DNA of 27,940 nt, taken from a virus. Its lineage: Duplodnaviria; Caudoviricetes. The notes beneath the pieces were generated by a model that saw only the letters and a list, made by a program, of their open reading frames with translations, did no database searches and was not told the DNA's origin. The position numbers and the translations under genes are program-made. The stretch spans positions 1 to 27,940 of IMG/VR virus record IMGVR_UViG_3300038566_000168; one strand, written 5' to 3'. Positions 24,769 through 27,940 of the stretch are shown here, piece by piece (positions within the stretch are counted from its first letter, which is position 1; the number at the start of each line of letters is the position of its first letter).

Positions 24769-26106
24769 TTACATCAGTGCGCGGGCTTGACGTTCAGCGG
24801 CCCAATCCGCGTCGGACTTTTTGGCAGGGGTTTTCGCCGGGGCGTTTGCGGAATTGGTATCTTCCGTGGAAATGGATTTCTTCGTCGGGCGGCGGCTCGC
24901 AAGCTTTTCGACCGTCTCGGAAACATGCTCAACCTGCTCAAGAACAGGCTTCAACGATTTGGCAACGAGTGCCGCAATGCCCGCTTCGTCAAGCGCAAGG
25001 CCATCGGGTGCGGATTTCTTGGAAGTCGTTTTCTTTTCGACTTCGGTTTCGGCATCATCTTCACTGATCGCGTCAGCAAAGTCTTCCGCCCATTTGATCA
25101 GAGCTTCTTTGCGCTCTTCGCCCACTTGCTTAGCCATTGTTTCGGGGTCCGCCGAAATGACCGCATCGAAATAGGTATCGAGGTCGGTAACAATGGTAGC
25201 GAAGTCGGTGGCAGCTTTGGCGATTGCCGTGGACTTTTCACCGTCGAACTGGTCCGACAAGATCGAGCGCATCGTGCCGTCGAAGGCAGCACGCACATCG
25301 GTATAGCCGGGAGGCGTTTGGTCGTAGCTCATACCAGCCTTGAGCGCTTCAACAATCGTGTTGGAGTCGCGCGAGTAGGCGGCATCCCACGAGTCGAACT
25401 TGAAGACGGATTCGCGAGCTTCTTTCCGTTGCTTCAAGAACTGCGCGCGCTTCGACAGCGGAGCCTTTTTCTTCTTGTCTTCGGATTTGGTTTCCGTCGC
25501 GGCGGCAGCAGGTGCTTCGCCTTCGCCGTCTTCCTCTTCGCCTTCGCCAGCTTTGGGGTCGTCGTCTTCCTCTTCGCCATCTTCGAGGTCGTCTTCCCCG
25601 CCGTCTTCCTCTTCGCCTTCCTCTTCGGCGACGTCTTCATCCTCTTTGCGGTGGCCGAGGAAGACCTGCACACCATCTTCTTCGATGGGGGCAGCAATGT
25701 CGGTGTAATCCGCGTCAGACGTACCGTCCTCACGGACAATCCACTCATCGCCTTCTGCCGACAACTTGATCGACACGTCCTTCACGTCCCATTCCGCATC
25801 ATCAAGTGCAGAACGTACATCGGCTTCCGTGGTGTAGTCCGAAACGGCAAACAGCAGTTTCACGACGGCTGCGGAGCCTTGAGGGGTGTCGTCCTGCTTG
25901 GCCTGCGGTTTTTTGGTGAGGGTTTTGTGCGACTTTTGCGTAGCGGTGCGCTTCTTAATTGCCATCGGCTTTCCTTTCTGGCTGTGTGACTTGATCGCGG
26001 TGAAGGGGGTTTCGGAGGCCCCACGATCAACGATAGACAAGAACCCTGCTTCGGCTCCATAGAGTTCGGAGGCGCGACGGGTTACCTTTTTAATGCGGGG
26101 GCGCAT
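24769..26106 (-). CDS. Scaffolding protein, 445 aa; probable second start at 25965
   Basis: N-terminal EL...E..FLSIVDRGA...F...KS segment, acidic tract, helical C-terminus. Lies between protease and capsid genes. Confidence 0.75.
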   Translation of the reverse strand: MRPRIKKVTRRASELYGAEAGFLSIVDRGASETPFTAIKSHSQKGKPMAIKKRTATQKSHKTLTKKPQAKQDDTPQGSAAVVKLLFAVSDYTTEADVRSALDDAEWDVKDVSIKLSAEGDEWIVREDGTSDADYTDIAAPIEEDGVQVFLGHRKEDEDVAEEEGEEEDGGEDDLEDGEEEDDDPKAGEGEEEDGEGEAPAAAATETKSEDKKKKAPLSKRAQFLKQRKEARESVFKFDSWDAAYSRDSNTIVEALKAGMSYDQTPPGYTDVRAAFDGTMRSILSDQFDGEKSTAIAKAATDFATIVTDLDTYFDAVISADPETMAKQVGEERKEALIKWAEDFADAISEDDAETEVEKKTTSKKSAPDGLALDEAGIAALVAKSLKPVLEQVEHVSETVEKLASRRPTKKSISTEDTNSANAPAKTPAKKSDADWAAERQARALM

Positions 26107-26108
26107 GA

Positions 26109-26792
26109 TTACCTCAAGTGTATTCTGTGGGTTTTCCCGTCAACGGGGTCTGTAATGGATGCTTTTGTTATGGGATGGGAGGGCGAACCGTCCGAGCCTT
26201 CGCCCGTTCTTCCCCAAAGGATTTCGCCGTTGTCGTCCATGCGGACAATGAATGGATGAGTATGTTTATCATACGGATCAGGATCGGTAAAGCCATAATA
26301 CCAAGCAGCGCATTCAATCTCAACAAGAGTATCGCGCTTGTAGGTCATGATTTCGAAACTGTAGCCGTTAAGCTTCCCGTCTTTAACCTCATTCCACACT
26401 GATTTATCGAGGATGCGGGTCGAGGCAATCCATGCCCCTTCCTCAAACCCGTCGGGGTCATCCTTGCGGGCAATGAAGCTTTCGACAACCTCTGCGTCAA
26501 TAAGCTGATTGTCGTGTTGCACATCGATAGAGCGCGACATGCCGTTGGCGATGAAGTCGTAAGCGGTTTTCTTGAGTTCTTCCGCCGTCATGTAGTGGCC
26601 GTGGGAGTCAAGGCACCAAGGGGCGTATACCTGCCCGATGACAAGCTGTTGCTCATTATCAATTTTCTTGATGTTGTAGCTTACATTGATTGTCTCAATG
26701 CCCGAGGCTTTTTGGATGATCTTCGGAATGTTCAAAGACCGGGGATTGCCCCCGGCGCTTTTTGAGAGAAGTTTTTTCAGGTTCAAGGCCAT
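26109..26792 (-). CDS. Prohead maturation protease, XkdF-like (Peptidase_S78_2)
   Basis: QQLV.GQVY.P...DSHG..MT.EE..K.AY.F, IDVQH, VVESFIAR, G.W......D..VW.EVK.G..NGYS.E. Confidence 0.9.
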   Translation of the reverse strand: MALNLKKLLSKSAGGNPRSLNIPKIIQKASGIETINVSYNIKKIDNEQQLVIGQVYAPWCLDSHGHYMTAEELKKTAYDFIANGMSRSIDVQHDNQLIDAEVVESFIARKDDPDGFEEGAWIASTRILDKSVWNEVKDGKLNGYSFEIMTYKRDTLVEIECAAWYYGFTDPDPYDKHTHPFIVRMDDNGEILWGRTGEGSDGSPSHPITKASITDPVDGKTHRIHLR

Positions 26793-26797
26793 TGTCG

Positions 26798-27923
26798 TTA
26801 CTCCGCTGCAATCGATTGTACGGCATCGTCTAGGTCCGAGGCGAGCTTTTCAGAGACGTCGTCAAGCAGGCGACGTAGCACCTTTTGGACGTTATCTAGC
26901 CCTTGCTCAGTTTGCTGTGCCTCTGTGTTCGGATCGACGGGCGATACGGCAGCGTCAACGGCATCGACAAATTCGTTGATACCTTCGATAACCATATCGT
27001 TCTTGATCAGTTGCAGCGTCGATGAGTACGGCACGTTGCCCCAATCTTCCGCGATTGCTGGAATATCGGCGTCAAGGTAGCGGTTGGCTAGCTTGATAGC
27101 GATGTTGGGCGTGAGCGCACCTTCCCGCCCAAGGCTGTTAACGATACGTGCAACTTCCTGCGGATCGGTGATACCCGGCCCCGCCGAGCGCACCCGCCAA
27201 AACTTGAAGCGGTGCGACGAAAGAACAACGCGGTCAAACATTTGATCCCATGCAAAACGCTCTGGCACGAAAATCTGTTGATCTGCGGTAAGCATGGAAG
27301 CGAAGGCGGATGCGCGGTTGTACTCCGAGGCCGAGCCGACATAGACCGGAGGTAGGCGGAAGGATTGACGGGCTTTGCGTTCCCCATCCTGAATGTAGTC
27401 CTTGAACAGGCCCTCGTTTTGGCGCTCGCTGAGCATGGGCTTAATGTCAACCTTCGGAGCGGGTAGGCTACCATCGATTGCCGCCGCATCTGCCCCTTCG
27501 GAGGTTGCTTCGAGTACAACGATACGGTTCATCGATGTGCGCCCACGGACACCGTCGATATACTGTTCAATTTTGTAGAAGCTTTCTTCGGTAAGTGCGC
27601 CCCCTGAGACAAGCACAGCCATTGCCGGGATTGCGTTGTCACGGAAAAATTCGAGGTTGACCATTTCAGCTTCCCGCCCGCCAAGCAAGGCAGGGATAAC
27701 CCCGGCCCAGCGAGGGACGCCGCAGGGGTTGCCGGGGAAGTACAGTGCCTCAAAGTAAATGGCCGTGGCCTGCTCTTCGATAGGTAGCGAGTTATCGACT
27801 TTTCCTGTTTGCGGGCTGATAGAACGTGGATCGCCATATTCCTTGAAGAACATGCGCTTGCCATTTTCTTGCTCTTGCACGAAACGACGGAAACGGCGGC
27901 GTGTCTTTACGGCCCCGCCATCC
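26798..27923 (-). CDS. Portal protein (PBSX XkdE-like), 5'-truncated
   Basis: Frame is open up to the primer. RRFRRFVQ...FFKEYGDPR, GVPRW, N..FF.DNAIP...LVSGG.L, FRLPP.YVG...YNRA.A. Confidence 0.9.
26807..26820. promoter_or_regulatory. 14-bp palindromic motif copy (TGCAATCGATTGTA)
   Basis: Encoded within the last portal codons (VQSIA), directly before the protease RBS. Confidence 0.8.
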
Positions 27924-27940
27924 GATCGTGACTGGGAAAC
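27924..27940 (-). other. Amplification primer remnant
   Basis: Reverse complement of positions 1-17. Confidence 0.93.

Noticed and set aside
25510-25650. Repetitive tcttcc/tcgcc tract
   Set aside because: Simply encodes the acidic E/D/G linker of the scaffold.
24730-25989. 419-aa plus-strand ORF and other plus-strand ORFs
   Set aside because: Antisense shadows of clear minus-strand structural genes, with no recognisable motifs.
474-26820. Palindrome as a CRISPR repeat, DGR repeat or simple ATCGAT methylation site
   Set aside because: Copies are kilobases apart and only 14 bp. There is no cas or reverse transcriptase gene, and conservation extends well beyond the 6-bp core.
1-27940. 17-bp terminal inverted repeats suggesting a linear genome or transposon ends
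   Set aside because: The sequence is a standard random-amplification primer, and both ends cut through genes.

Overview
A 27.9 kb fragment of a tailed dsDNA phage (siphovirus-type, no sheath gene), with essentially all genes on the minus strand. Both ends carry the random-amplification primer GTTTCCCAGTCACGATC, so this is an untrimmed amplified contig. Read right to left, it holds a PBSX/skin-like head module (5'-truncated portal, XkdF-like protease, scaffold, major capsid, YqbF-like protein), three neck genes, a 525-aa tail tube, and a tail chaperone with a -1 slippery site. Next come a 1521-aa tape measure and an RcGTA-like tail tip (DUF2460 Dit, DUF2163 hub, NlpC/P60, central fibre, DUF2793-like fibre), which suggests a proteobacterial, probably alphaproteobacterial, host. 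After these are a holin/spanin cassette with no endolysin, an accessory fibre/adhesin cluster, and the start of a probable Ycf46-like AAA gene. The strongest unexplained signal is a 14-bp near-palindrome, TGCAATCGATTG(T/C)A, present in 10 close copies plus one degenerate copy. Eight copies sit just upstream of start codons, and the asymmetric form always has the same orientation. Two promoter-plus-terminator structured RNA candidates lie near the left end. All family assignments come from motif recognition by eye, not from database searches.
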